Below are positions 1-8,695 of a DNA stretch of 34,937 bases, in pieces. Below the pieces are notes generated by a model. The model searched no databases. It was given only the letters and a program-made list of their open reading frames with translations, and was not told the DNA's origin. How positions within the stretch are numbered: position 1 is the stretch's first letter; the number at the start of each line of letters is the position of its first letter. A program made the position numbers and the translations under genes. Source of the stretch: a virus (taxonomy: Duplodnaviria > Heunggongvirae > Uroviricota > Caudoviricetes); the IMG/VR virus record IMGVR_UViG_2571042690_000022. One strand, written 5' to 3'.

Positions 1-390
1 TTACTCTTTTTTCTCCGTATCTGCATCGGGTTCATCAGCAAATAGCTTGCCCTGCATCCGATCCAGTTCTTCTTTTCTTACCCGCTTAACCACGCTGTAG
101 ACCCACTGAAGCGAAACACCAAATTTGCGGGCCAGTTCGTGGTGGTTGCGTCCGTTAAACTCCCTGAAGATTTCCCGGTCGCGCTGACTGACCTTCCATA
201 CCATGCCCATCGGGAAATAAACGTTTTGCCCGCCCCAGACCTGCATCATTCGGTTCGCGACGGCCTGACCAATCTGGTCGGCAACTTCGGGCTCAATATC
301 AATAATCTCGCGAACGGTCTCAGAGGTATGCTGTGCCAGTTCCACCAGGAGTTCCGGCCCCTTACTTCGAAACTGATTCAGGTCGCTCAT
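1..390 (-). CDS. mor: Mor-family (Mor/C) transcriptional activator of middle/late genes
   Basis: 129 aa; C-terminal region GGQNVYFPMG...FNGRNHHELARKFGVSLQWVYSVVKRVR resembles the Mor/C family HTH region as recalled from Mu Mor; last gene of the leftward early operon; stop codon at 1-3. Confidence 0.75.
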   Translation of the reverse strand: MSDLNQFRSKGPELLVELAQHTSETVREIIDIEPEVADQIGQAVANRMMQVWGGQNVYFPMGMVWKVSQRDREIFREFNGRNHHELARKFGVSLQWVYSVVKRVRKEELDRMQGKLFADEPDADTEKKE

Positions 391-811
391 GTTTGACTCC
401 CGCAGCTCTGCGCTGCCACTTCTTCAGTTTCTCAATAACACTGCTTGCCTGTTCAGTACTGAGCCAGCGCAGGGCGCTGATGCCCGTTTCCCGCTTGATC
501 CACCTCGCTAATGCATTTTCTGAACGGTCACGAACAATGCCGGCAGCAGCCATTTCAAGCCATAGCGCACGAATTTTCCTGGACTGCGGATGGTTATCAA
601 GCGGTAAACCGGAGCTGGCTTTTCTGGCTGGTTTAACGCGAAAGCCTTTCTTTTTCATGGATTCCAGCACGCAGTTTAGTTGTGTGGTATCCATTCCTTT
701 GGTTGAGGCTTTACCGGTCAGCCCCTGTAACATCTGGCGGTAGGTGTCTTCATCCATACCCAGTTCATTACGGGCAATATGGATAAGCTGTATCAGGCGT
801 TTTTTCTGCAT
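362..811 (-). CDS. gemA: GemA-like early regulatory protein (DUF1018-type, Mu gp16-like)
   Basis: 149 aa; N-terminus MQKKRLIQLIHIARNELGMDEDTYRQML typical of GemA/DUF1018; RBS AAGGAG about 7 nt upstream of ATG at 811; 29-nt overlap with mor as in Mu gemA-mor. Confidence 0.6.
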   Translation of the reverse strand: MQKKRLIQLIHIARNELGMDEDTYRQMLQGLTGKASTKGMDTTQLNCVLESMKKKGFRVKPARKASSGLPLDNHPQSRKIRALWLEMAAAGIVRDRSENALARWIKRETGISALRWLSTEQASSVIEKLKKWQRRAAGVKHERPESVSK

Positions 812-812
812 A

Positions 813-1019
813 TCATCTCCTTTTTTTCAGTCTGTCGGCAACAATGTCGGTTGCAGCTGGCAGGGTGACTGGCCAGAACAACATGACGGCGGTCATGTAC
901 AGGATGTAATGCGCGGTGTCGTAGTGCCTGCCATAGCCCAGGGAACGATGAAGTCTTGCGCTGCATGATCCTGCGTACATATACCAGAAAAGAAAACAGA
1001 CAATGGTTTCAGTAGTCAT
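813..1019 (-). CDS. small hydrophobic (membrane) protein, hypothetical
   Basis: 68-aa ORF from internal ATG at 1019 with GGAGG RBS just upstream (rc of 1023-1035); hydrophobic segments; the longer 813-1175 ORF start is unsupported. Confidence 0.4.
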   Translation of the reverse strand: MTTETIVCFLFWYMYAGSCSARLHRSLGYGRHYDTAHYILYMTAVMLFWPVTLPAATDIVADRLKKRR

Positions 1020-1239
1020 TCTGAATACCTCCCCATTCGATATGAATATTACGGGCAGCAATGACAGGGTCGTTATTCCACCATGCACCTGACATGTATT
1101 TTTCAACCTGTTCGCGTCCGGCAATAACACCAATTGTGATCCCCGGCCTGACGTTCTTAAAAAAGGCGCGGGCAAAAAGGTATCTGGCAGATATTCGGCA
1201 GGCTTTTAATTTCCGGCTTTTACCTGATAGCGTAATCAT
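1009..1239 (-). CDS. hypothetical early protein
   Basis: 76-aa ORF; start overlaps the stop of the upstream gene (coupled arrangement); no recognisable motif. Confidence 0.3.
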   Translation of the reverse strand: MITLSGKSRKLKACRISARYLFARAFFKNVRPGITIGVIAGREQVEKYMSGAWWNNDPVIAARNIHIEWGGIQNDY

Positions 1240-1919
1240 CTGGCCTCCAGTTTCTGTTGTTCCTGCCCACTGACCGGGCGGTGCAGTCTGACGTTCTGCC
1301 CTTCACGAAACCCCGCATAGCGCGAGGCGTCGCCATTGCGGCTTCTTCCCGGTTTACGCGCCCTGGTGGTTTGCGTCTGCGGGTATTTATGTTCCAGCCA
1401 CTGCTGCATCAGTTCACGCTCATCATCGGTCAGGGCAAAGGACTGTATTTCACTGATAACGGCCAGCACCCAGCCTTCGGCAAACTGGTCTCCACGGCTG
1501 GTGCGGGTGGCGGTTTTTATTCTTTTGTTCTGTGCACTGATATACTGCTGACGCGCCTTTTTCAGCTGACGGGCCAGCACTTCCCAGGTGTATGCAGCCA
1601 GTGCCGCACGTTCCCGGTTGCCGTAGAACCCCACAGACGGATGCGTGCCGGGGTGAATGATGGAGTTAACACCAAATACCTCGCGGATGATGTTCATCAG
1701 GCCCAGCATGTAGCGCGGTGGACGGAGACTGCCTGTCGGCCAGTAGTGACTGATGGTTTCATCAATATCACTCATAGCAATGTCGGAATGTGTGATGCCG
1801 TGAACATCCATCAGTTTACGGGCTCGGCGCAGTGCCAGAGCGGCCTCGTGCGGGTTGCCGGATGCGGCCAGCGCCAGCAACTTTTTCAGTTTCTCAATGT
1901 GTTTATTCTGGTCTGTCAT
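1236..1919 (-). CDS. DUF2786-like early protein
   Basis: Start chosen at ATG 1919 (MTDQNKHIEKLKKLLALAASGNPHEAALALRRARKLM, DUF2786-like N-terminus); ATGA overlap with stop of upstream gene at 1916; GGAG RBS about 10 nt upstream. Confidence 0.5.
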   Translation of the reverse strand: MTDQNKHIEKLKKLLALAASGNPHEAALALRRARKLMDVHGITHSDIAMSDIDETISHYWPTGSLRPPRYMLGLMNIIREVFGVNSIIHPGTHPSVGFYGNRERAALAAYTWEVLARQLKKARQQYISAQNKRIKTATRTSRGDQFAEGWVLAVISEIQSFALTDDERELMQQWLEHKYPQTQTTRARKPGRSRNGDASRYAGFREGQNVRLHRPVSGQEQQKLEAR

Positions 1920-2131
1920 TGTTCTGTATCTCCGGTATTTTTCTGCCGTTTCCATGCCCGGACAGCGTCGGACAGCTCTTTCAGGCTGTATGCTGCTTTA
2001 AGCTTTTCCCATAACCACTGTGTTGTTATGTGCATCAGCAGGGCAGCCAGGGCTGCCCCCGCACTGAGGCATGTCGCCAGGCCAGTAAGAATCAGTGTCC
2101 ATGCGGTGATTTCCCTGAGTATGTCAGCCAT
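1916..2131 (-). CDS. small single-pass membrane protein, hypothetical
   Basis: 71 aa with one hydrophobic helix (WTLILTGLATCLSAGAALAALLM); tightly packed in the early operon. Confidence 0.4.
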   Translation of the reverse strand: MADILREITAWTLILTGLATCLSAGAALAALLMHITTQWLWEKLKAAYSLKELSDAVRAWKRQKNTGDTEQ

Positions 2132-2145
2132 TGAATGCCTCCCGG

Positions 2146-2442
2146 TTACTCGTTCGTGTAAATCACGCCCAGTCGTGCAGCCAGACGTTCCAGTTTTTTC
2201 TGTTTGTGGAAGTCAATCAGCCGGTCCATCCCCTGAAGGCGCAGTTGCTCTGTCATGATTTCCACGTCTGCCAGCTCTGCCGCGAGGTCACTTTCGCTGC
2301 CCTGTCCGTTCAGGTTGCGGGCGGCACTGGCCGCCAGTTCAGCGGCCTCTTCTGCCAGTTTCAGGGCCTGTGCGTCCGGCCCGAAACGCTGCAGGGCCAG
2401 ACGGTAGAGGGCGGTGCGGGTGAGTTCGGTGTTTCGTGTCAT
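2146..2442 (-). CDS. MazG-like nucleoside triphosphate pyrophosphohydrolase (all-alpha NTP-PPase)
   Basis: 98 aa; KLAEEAAELAASAA followed by LAAELADVEIMTEQL matches the paired EExxE and ExxD metal-binding helices of small MazG/HisE-like proteins (from memory). Confidence 0.55.
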   Translation of the reverse strand: MTRNTELTRTALYRLALQRFGPDAQALKLAEEAAELAASAARNLNGQGSESDLAAELADVEIMTEQLRLQGMDRLIDFHKQKKLERLAARLGVIYTNE

Positions 2443-2451
2443 GCCGCGCCC

Positions 2452-2724
2452 TCAGTGCTTCCGGCTGACGGTGATGTGCAGGCCGCCTTCTGCAGTGGTT
2501 TCCATCCGGTACGGCACCTCATGCTCTGCCGTGTGGGTGAGTGTGTTCATCAGTACCTGCAGGGCAGCCTCCTTTCCGTTGGTCGCCACAATGGCCTGTG
2601 TGGCCATGCTGATTAGCGCCGTCAGGACGTGCTTCACATCGGTGAGGTCGCGGCATTCACACTCGTTGACATAGTGTTCAACAAGGGTTCGGGTGCGCTG
2701 TCGTGCTTCCTGTGGGGTAATCAT
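2452..2724 (-). CDS. hypothetical early protein
   Basis: 90-aa ORF in operon context; no recognisable motif. Confidence 0.4.
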   Translation of the reverse strand: MITPQEARQRTRTLVEHYVNECECRDLTDVKHVLTALISMATQAIVATNGKEAALQVLMNTLTHTAEHEVPYRMETTAEGGLHITVSRKH

Positions 2725-2915
2725 TGCGAGTCCTCCCTGTCAGGGCGGGAGAATTCCATGACGGGCACGTCTGCCGAAAAATGCTGGCTGCAGTACGGGC
2801 AGACCAGGGTGACGCGTACCGCAGGGATGTGGTATTTACCGGACATCACGGCGATGGCGCTGTGAAAACGCAGGGCTGTTATATCCCTCTCGCACTGAAT
2901 ACATTTAAATATCAT
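2721..2915 (-). CDS. small zinc-ribbon protein (CxxC-N30-CxxC)
   Basis: 64 aa with CIQCERD and CPYCSQH pairs; first gene after the gam-downstream intergenic gap. Confidence 0.4.
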   Translation of the reverse strand: MIFKCIQCERDITALRFHSAIAVMSGKYHIPAVRVTLVCPYCSQHFSADVPVMEFSRPDREDSQ

Positions 2916-3012
2916 GATTTAATTCTCCTCTGTTTCCGGCGTGCAGAAGCCCGCGGCGCTGACGTCGGAATAAAAAAGAAAATGTTTTTATTAAATAATT
3001 AACGTGGTGTGT

Positions 3013-3543
3013 TTACTGCACATCCTGCTCAAAAGGAATTATTGAAAAATCCTCAATGTCGCTTTTAATGGAAATACCGGGAATATTTTTCACGGCCTCT
3101 TTTTCATTCAGGATAGCGTCTTTATTTATTTCCTCTTTTACACGAATAAAGCGCTCAAGCCCCAGACGTCTCAGTAATTCAATAACATTATCCGCCCCAC
3201 GGATACTGACTGATGGCGGACGGTTTCGCCACTGCACCTCGCCGGTGGTGAGGTTAGCGAACTTCACCTTCCCGTTGCCGGTCAGTTCATCACGGTGTGC
3301 CTCACACCATGTCTGAATACCGGACTGCAGTTCGGCCATGCGTTTTTTCAGGCTCTCGGTGAGCGGGGCATAACGTGCGGTGATATCGCCAATGGCGTCA
3401 TTCATTTCTGTTTCAGCCCTGACCAGTTCACGTTGTGCGTCACCGAGTAGTCTGATTCCCTCAATGACCTCTTCACGTGTCCCCGGCACCCAGAGTGCTG
3501 CTGCGGCCTTGATACGTTTTGCACCTTTTGTACTTTTTGCCAT
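3013..3543 (-). CDS. gam: Gam host-nuclease inhibitor (Mu Gam-like)
   Basis: 176 aa; stretches such as WRNRPPSVSIRGADNVIELLRRLGLERFIRVKEEINKDAIL and IEDFSIIPFEQ closely resemble Mu Gam as recalled. Confidence 0.85.
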   Translation of the reverse strand: MAKSTKGAKRIKAAAALWVPGTREEVIEGIRLLGDAQRELVRAETEMNDAIGDITARYAPLTESLKKRMAELQSGIQTWCEAHRDELTGNGKVKFANLTTGEVQWRNRPPSVSIRGADNVIELLRRLGLERFIRVKEEINKDAILNEKEAVKNIPGISIKSDIEDFSIIPFEQDVQ

Positions 3544-3570
3544 TTTTTATGATTTCTCCAGTTGTGCTGA

Positions 3571-3840
3571 TTACCACAAAGATTCCGGCCACACGACGCG
3601 ACAGCCGTGCAGTTCGAAAACGCCCTGACGGAAATATCCCCTGTGGTCATGTCCGGTATACAGATAACAGGCCTTTCCCTGCTCAAGCATGCGCATGCAA
3701 TGCGCACTCCGGGAAACGCGGATGACAGGTTTGTTACCCCTGATGGTGATGCTTTGTACATCCGTGTTCGTCGCCTTAAGCGCCATAATGGCTGACTGCA
3801 CTTTGCTGATTTGCTGGTTGATACCTGTGGTGGATTTCAT
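3571..3840 (-). CDS. hypothetical early protein between B and gam
   Basis: 89-aa ORF starting 2 nt after the B stop, with AAGGGG RBS inside the B 3' end; the overlapping 3402-3761 ORF is rejected. Confidence 0.5.
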   Translation of the reverse strand: MKSTTGINQQISKVQSAIMALKATNTDVQSITIRGNKPVIRVSRSAHCMRMLEQGKACYLYTGHDHRGYFRQGVFELHGCRVVWPESLW

Positions 3841-3842
3841 TA

Positions 3843-5009
3843 TTAAACCCCTTTGACAACGTCAGCGTTGACCTGTGGAACCCCGATTTCAGCGGCCAGA
3901 TTCATGGCGGCTATTACCAGGTTACTGACGGCCAGCGGATACAGCAGGCTGACCATATTTTTACGGTGACTTCCCGGATTGCTCAGGCGGGCACGTATGG
4001 CATCCACTGCACCGGCGTCCATAATGTCCGTCAGCTGTTTACCGGCCCGTTGCAGTTTGAACGTCAGAAATTCTTCAAGGTTATTGTCCAGAGGCAGAAG
4101 TTCGACCACCTCACAGCGCTGAACGACTTCACGGACTTCCATATTGCGTTCAGACAGTTTTGTCGCCAGTTCCGGCTGGCCAATCAGCACGATGGACAGC
4201 AGTTTTTTGAAACCGGACTCCAGCTCAAAAAAGCGTTTGAGGTGTTTCAGTGTCGGAATGGGCAGACTGTGGGCCTCCTCAATCACCAGAACGTGGCTGA
4301 ACCCCGCCTGGCTGCTGTCTTTCAGGACGCGATGCAACTGGCGAAAACGGGCGTCCTGACTGCGTCTGATGCTTTCCAGTGGTGCGATGGTACTGATAAT
4401 GGCTTCGGCAATAGCTGCTGCCTTCAGGGTTTTCCCTTTCACATCGTTGTCTTCCATAGCGATGATGTATGGCTCGATAACAATTACCGGCGCATTCTCG
4501 CGGTTGATACGTTCAGTCAGGTCGCGGCGCAGCGTGGATTTACCCGCACCGGACTCACCGATGACGGCCATAAACCCACCATGACGGGCTGTCTGGTACA
4601 GCGCCTCACGCACGTAGCGAATGTCCGGGGTGGTGAACACATCATCAGAACCCTGCATGGCTTCGTCGGCGAACGGGTCACGGAAAAGACCAAACGCTTT
4701 TTTGGTTGCTGGAAATAACACCTGTTTTTTGAGTAACATATTCTCTTCCTCACTGAGGCTCGTTTTATCTGTGGTACCCGCTGTACGGGGCGTGGCCGCG
4801 CCCTGTACAGCATCAAAACTCTTCGTTGTATCAATCCCCTGACTTTCCAGCCAGGACGCAAGACGCCGGCGCACTTCTCCGGGGCTGGTGCGGGGCCACG
4901 CGTTATGATTCACAATCTGGGCCAGCGTGGCCTCAGAAACATCGACAGCTCTCGCCACCACCGCCTGTGGAATACGGGCCTCTTTCAGTTGCTGCTTCAG
5001 TACCAGCAT
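3843..5009 (-). CDS. transposition ATPase (Mu B-like/TniB-like AAA+ protein)
   Basis: Walker A GESGAGKST, Walker B-like HVLVIEEAH, N-terminal HTH-like segment; start set to ATG 5009 (MLVLKQQ) with GAGGAGGG RBS; directly downstream of the transposase. Confidence 0.8.
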   Translation of the reverse strand: MLVLKQQLKEARIPQAVVARAVDVSEATLAQIVNHNAWPRTSPGEVRRRLASWLESQGIDTTKSFDAVQGAATPRTAGTTDKTSLSEEENMLLKKQVLFPATKKAFGLFRDPFADEAMQGSDDVFTTPDIRYVREALYQTARHGGFMAVIGESGAGKSTLRRDLTERINRENAPVIVIEPYIIAMEDNDVKGKTLKAAAIAEAIISTIAPLESIRRSQDARFRQLHRVLKDSSQAGFSHVLVIEEAHSLPIPTLKHLKRFFELESGFKKLLSIVLIGQPELATKLSERNMEVREVVQRCEVVELLPLDNNLEEFLTFKLQRAGKQLTDIMDAGAVDAIRARLSNPGSHRKNMVSLLYPLAVSNLVIAAMNLAAEIGVPQVNADVVKGV

Positions 5010-5019
5010 GTTTCCCTCC

Positions 5020-6789
5020 TCAGTTGCCGTTAACAATGCTGATAACACTGCTGCGGGCCGGTGTGGTCAGCGTGGCCATGACTTCATCCAGTGCGGCTTC
5101 CGGTACGCCGTCCGGGTACTGTGCCGTTAACTGGCGGTAATGTTCCGGCGTCCAGGTAAGGCCGTCGGCGCTGAACTTATCGCGCAGGGCTTTCGCGGCC
5201 TCCACATGAGTCATGGGACGTTGTTCAGTGCGCGGCCCGCGTACGTCAGAGGCCTGACCACGCTTCGGCATATAGGCCGGAAGTGTGGTGTCGTCGATAT
5301 GTTTATACGGGTCAAGCCGCCCGCCGAACGGCAGCGCCTTCGCCTTGCGTGCGGCGGCTGCATCTGCGGCGTTGTCTGTACCGGTAACCAGCGCTTCGGT
5401 TTCTTTTGCCGCCATCTGTGCCGGGGTTTCCGGCAGGGCTTTGTAACTTTCGCCAAATACCGCCGCGCCTTCAGCAAAGCCAAACTCGTTCTTTCTGACC
5501 TCTTCGACCAGGAAGAACGTCTCGTGGCCGTCCTCACCGGTCAGAACCACCTGTGCCACATCGCTGCGCCATGGGTTACGGGTAATCATCAGTTTTTCAC
5601 CAACCAGTACGCCCGGTACCGTTGATACGTCAAATTCAGTGCCCCGGAACGAGACACGAAGTTTTGGCGTGACTTTGCGGAGTTCTGGTGCCGCCACAGC
5701 CAGTTCACGACATACCTCAACGGAAGGCGCTTTTTTCAGCTGCTCAGCAGTAATCTTCAGCCAGATATCCGTGCGGGTTTTACCGTGGCGGCTGTGAACA
5801 GCCGTGGCGTTAAAGTGGCTGCGCCATTTCGCGGCCAGCGCGTTGAGTTCTTCCAGACTGTGAACCGGCCGGAACTTCAGACCCGGCTCCAGCTTGCGTT
5901 CGATAATGTCACGCGCCTTTTCCACCTGTCCGGTGGCGCGGGCGTTATGCGGCTTGTGCGCTATCAGGTCGATGCCCAGTGAGCGGCACATGTTTTTCGT
6001 CATACCCGCGGTGTTTGCCGAGCCGGGGTCGAGATAGAGTATTTTCGGCACGCCGTGCAGCACGTCTGCGCCGCCACGCTCCTGCATGGCGTTGATAAGC
6101 ACAGAACACAGGTTCTCACCTGATTCCGCGCCCGTCACATACTCAACGTAAATCCAGCCGCTGGCATGGTCGGTAATCTCGTAACTCCACACGCGGTCAC
6201 TGGCGATACGGGCAAGGTTAGCGGGCTTGTTCTTGTAGAACTTCGCGCTGTCCATCACCTGCAGCCCTTTATGTCCATTGCTCAGGTAGTAAAGCGTGCA
6301 GAGTGAGGCGTCAATCTGCCAGACATGATTGGGATGCAGACTGGCCACTTCGGTATGTGGTGCAGGGGCATCCAGTTGTTCCGGGTGCAGGCCATAGTTA
6401 CGCAGAGCACGGCTGATGGCATCTTCAGACAACGGGAAAAACTCACTGGTGGTTTCATCTGTTCTGCCTGCGGTGATAAAGCCGTTAGCCCGCAGGGTTT
6501 CCACTGCATCTGCGATGGAATAGAGACGCTTACCGTTCTTGCGGGTGGCCTCACGCAGTGTGGCAGATATCAGCGCGGCTTCGTCGCGGGTCAGGGCGCT
6601 GCGCCCGGCATCGGCGCGTTTTTTGCGTTTATCAGTCACAGATACCTCCTTCAGCCTGCGCAGCAGAGTGGCGCGGGACATGCCAAGTTCAGCACAGGCA
6701 GCGTCGTATATTGCACCGCGTTTACCATGCCCCGCGTCACGTGCCGCGCGGGCTGTTTCAACCAGTTTTTCAGTCAGTGCCGGGGTCAT
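5020..6789 (-). CDS. DDE transposase (Mu A-like)
   Basis: 589 aa; candidate DDE residues in WQIDAS, YLDPGS and GQVEKA; gene order ner-like, A, B as in transposable phages. Confidence 0.9.
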   Translation of the reverse strand: MTPALTEKLVETARAARDAGHGKRGAIYDAACAELGMSRATLLRRLKEVSVTDKRKKRADAGRSALTRDEAALISATLREATRKNGKRLYSIADAVETLRANGFITAGRTDETTSEFFPLSEDAISRALRNYGLHPEQLDAPAPHTEVASLHPNHVWQIDASLCTLYYLSNGHKGLQVMDSAKFYKNKPANLARIASDRVWSYEITDHASGWIYVEYVTGAESGENLCSVLINAMQERGGADVLHGVPKILYLDPGSANTAGMTKNMCRSLGIDLIAHKPHNARATGQVEKARDIIERKLEPGLKFRPVHSLEELNALAAKWRSHFNATAVHSRHGKTRTDIWLKITAEQLKKAPSVEVCRELAVAAPELRKVTPKLRVSFRGTEFDVSTVPGVLVGEKLMITRNPWRSDVAQVVLTGEDGHETFFLVEEVRKNEFGFAEGAAVFGESYKALPETPAQMAAKETEALVTGTDNAADAAAARKAKALPFGGRLDPYKHIDDTTLPAYMPKRGQASDVRGPRTEQRPMTHVEAAKALRDKFSADGLTWTPEHYRQLTAQYPDGVPEAALDEVMATLTTPARSSVISIVNGN

Positions 6790-6804
6790 AGCTTGTCTTC
6801 CCTG

Positions 6805-7122
6805 TTATCCGATTCTGGCGGCAATTTTTCTGGCGAGGTCGCACAGTGTTTCGCCATCGCAGGTTTTCACCACGGTATTTACCGGTTGCGGTGCAACTAC
6901 CGGGCGTAATGCTGACTGATTCTGCAGACGTCTTATCTGCTGCATCAGCATCACCTCCATCGTCAGTACAAACGGGTGCGTCTCCTGTGCGGGTACGCAG
7001 ATTTCACCGGAAGGGGTCACCACGCGGAAACCCTGCACCATCTCCGGCAGCAGATTACACAGTGCGTGCCCCAGTGCCTCCGGGCTGTCCATCAGGGTAT
7101 TTTGTGTGTTATTCGTATTCAT
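6805..7122 (-). CDS. hypothetical early protein
   Basis: 105-aa ORF between the upstream early gene and the transposase; no motif recognised. Confidence 0.4.
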   Translation of the reverse strand: MNTNNTQNTLMDSPEALGHALCNLLPEMVQGFRVVTPSGEICVPAQETHPFVLTMEVMLMQQIRRLQNQSALRPVVAPQPVNTVVKTCDGETLCDLARKIAARIG

Positions 7123-8042
7123 TACTGCATATCCTCCGGTCGGTTGATTTCAGGTTCCGGTTCGGTCAGCCAGGCGGGGGCATCGTTACCCGATGGAGCG
7201 GCCTCAAGGTCAAACGTCTCACGTAATGCATGAACACTGCGTTCAATCTGGCAGACCAGACCGGCCATGAAATCTCTGGGGGTATCGATCATGTTTTTGG
7301 TGCAGTATTCACACAGGGTCTCAAAAACACTGGACAGCCGGACGGCGATAGCCGATTCGGCCTCAACCGCTAATGCCGTCACTTCCGCCCGCAATTTTTT
7401 CAGTTCTTCGTCTGGCGGCGGAGGTTGCAGGCGCGATTTCTTCTCCAGTTTTGTGGCCAGTTCGTTGATTTTTTCGTCCTTTCCGGCAAGCACCTGTTGC
7501 TGAGCTGCGTTGGTTTCGCGCGCTTCACGCAGGGCGGCCTTCAGTTCGCGGCTGGTCATGCGATCAATATCATCAAGCGTTGCACCGGCGACGGTTCCAC
7601 CATCAGCTAATGCGTCGAGTTCTTCGTCATCCAGAACCATCAGTTCATATAACTTGGTTTTTCCCAAAACGCTCAGCGCTGAGCGTTTTGGCTGTTCATC
7701 TCCATTGCCGAGAAATTTCACGCTGGCCTGCATCATGCGACGAGCTACCTGTGGTGCTAATCCGAGGTCGTTTTCCAGAATATTTGTGAAATCACCATGC
7801 GGTTCATTTTCTTTTAAGATGATCAGCCGCTTACCCGCTTCCAACATAGATTCAGCACTCTGCGCCATATAAAAACGTGCTTCGTGAACGATGCGTTCAC
7901 GTTCATAAGGCAGTCCATCACCAAACTGCTGCATGATCTCCATGCGATGCTGTGTCATGGCATTCAGGCTGACGTTGAGATCATCCGACAGCGGTACATC
8001 GGCGTTCAGTTCAGTGTTAATCGGTGATTTGGTACGTCCCAT
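7122..8042 (-). CDS. hypothetical early protein (possibly DUF3102-like)
   Basis: 306-aa ORF with AAGGAG RBS about 8 nt upstream of ATG 8042; predicted coiled-coil middle region; family assignment is a recollection only. Confidence 0.45.
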   Translation of the reverse strand: MGRTKSPINTELNADVPLSDDLNVSLNAMTQHRMEIMQQFGDGLPYERERIVHEARFYMAQSAESMLEAGKRLIILKENEPHGDFTNILENDLGLAPQVARRMMQASVKFLGNGDEQPKRSALSVLGKTKLYELMVLDDEELDALADGGTVAGATLDDIDRMTSRELKAALREARETNAAQQQVLAGKDEKINELATKLEKKSRLQPPPPDEELKKLRAEVTALAVEAESAIAVRLSSVFETLCEYCTKNMIDTPRDFMAGLVCQIERSVHALRETFDLEAAPSGNDAPAWLTEPEPEINRPEDMQ

Positions 8043-8052
8043 TGATTACTCC

Positions 8053-8361
8053 TTACAAACGACTACCTGAAATGACACGTTGGTTAATTTCGTTAATACG
8101 ATCCTGTGCACGTGCCATCTCGTTACTGTGGGCCATGGCGATCTGCAGTAACTGGATGCCCGGTGCAAAACGTCCGTTCTCCAGTTTCAGAGCCAGCCCT
8201 TCTTCAATGAGGGTGTTGAGTGCCCGGTTGATGTTTGCCGGTGACTCGTGCAGTGCTGTCGCCAGTTCACCGTTAGAAATACCGTTCAGGGCATGACCGC
8301 GCAGCGCTTTGAGTACCCGGAGGATGCGACTGCCGGAGCTTGAAACATTCGTCTTACTCAT
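8053..8361 (-). CDS. winged-helix DNA-binding protein (IclR/MarR-like HTH)
   Basis: SRILRVLKAL...GISNGELATAL...NINRALNTLIEEGL resembles a wHTH N-terminal domain; start uncertain (8361 or 8367). Confidence 0.45.
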   Translation of the reverse strand: MSKTNVSSSGSRILRVLKALRGHALNGISNGELATALHESPANINRALNTLIEEGLALKLENGRFAPGIQLLQIAMAHSNEMARAQDRINEINQRVISGSRL

Positions 8362-8413
8362 CTGCATACCTCTTTTGCGATATGTGATAACCTTTTACAA
8401 AGACTCAAAATAT

Positions 8414-8602
8414 TTAGGCCGCCTGAGCTGTTGATTTCAGTCCCAACTTCACGGCGATTTCATGGGATTTACCGTAACGGGCTTTGGTCTGCCCGTTGAG
8501 AACGCGGTATACCTCATTGCGGTTGTAGCCGTTTTCTTCTGCCCAGCGGGTGAAAGTGATCCCGCGCTGGCGGAAGAGAGCTTTGACTTGTTCTGCAGTC
8601 AT
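8414..8602 (-). CDS. Ner-like DNA-binding protein (Cro-like early regulator)
   Basis: 62 aa; pattern resembles the Ner/Nlp family; first gene of the leftward operon, divergent from the repressor; AAGGAG RBS 7 nt upstream of ATG 8602. Confidence 0.6.
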   Translation of the reverse strand: MTAEQVKALFRQRGITFTRWAEENGYNRNEVYRVLNGQTKARYGKSHEIAVKLGLKSTAQAA

Positions 8603-8695
8603 CGTTGTCTCCTTTGTTGATGCAATGATGTTTGCCTTATATGTGTTAGATTATTGCTCATAATTATGAGCATATCAAGATAGAGATTCACTTTT
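8603..8695. promoter_or_regulatory. divergent early-promoter / repressor-promoter switch region
   Basis: 93-bp AT-rich gap between divergent ner-like and repressor genes; contains the 8655-8672 palindrome and a TATAAG-like -10 (rc of 8636-8641) suitably placed for the leftward operon. Confidence 0.5.
8655..8672. promoter_or_regulatory. candidate operator: 18-bp perfect palindrome TGCTCATAATTATGAGCA
   Basis: Perfect dyad read directly from the sequence; its right half TTATGAGCA recurs at 8694-8702 overlapping the repressor start codon. Confidence 0.5.

Noticed and set aside
813-1175. Full 120-aa version of the small membrane protein ORF
   Set aside because: The upstream 52 codons overlap the 76-aa ORF and lack an RBS; the internal ATG at 1019 has a GGAGG SD, so only the 68-aa form is supported.
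3402-3761. 119-aa minus-strand ORF overlapping the gam start and the 89-aa ORF
   Set aside because: Alternative frame across two better-supported genes (gam with a strong family match, 89-aa ORF with RBS and coupled start).
8603-8695. IHF binding site between the divergent promoters, as in Mu
   Set aside because: No convincing match to the WATCAR-N4-TTR consensus found by eye; left uncalled.
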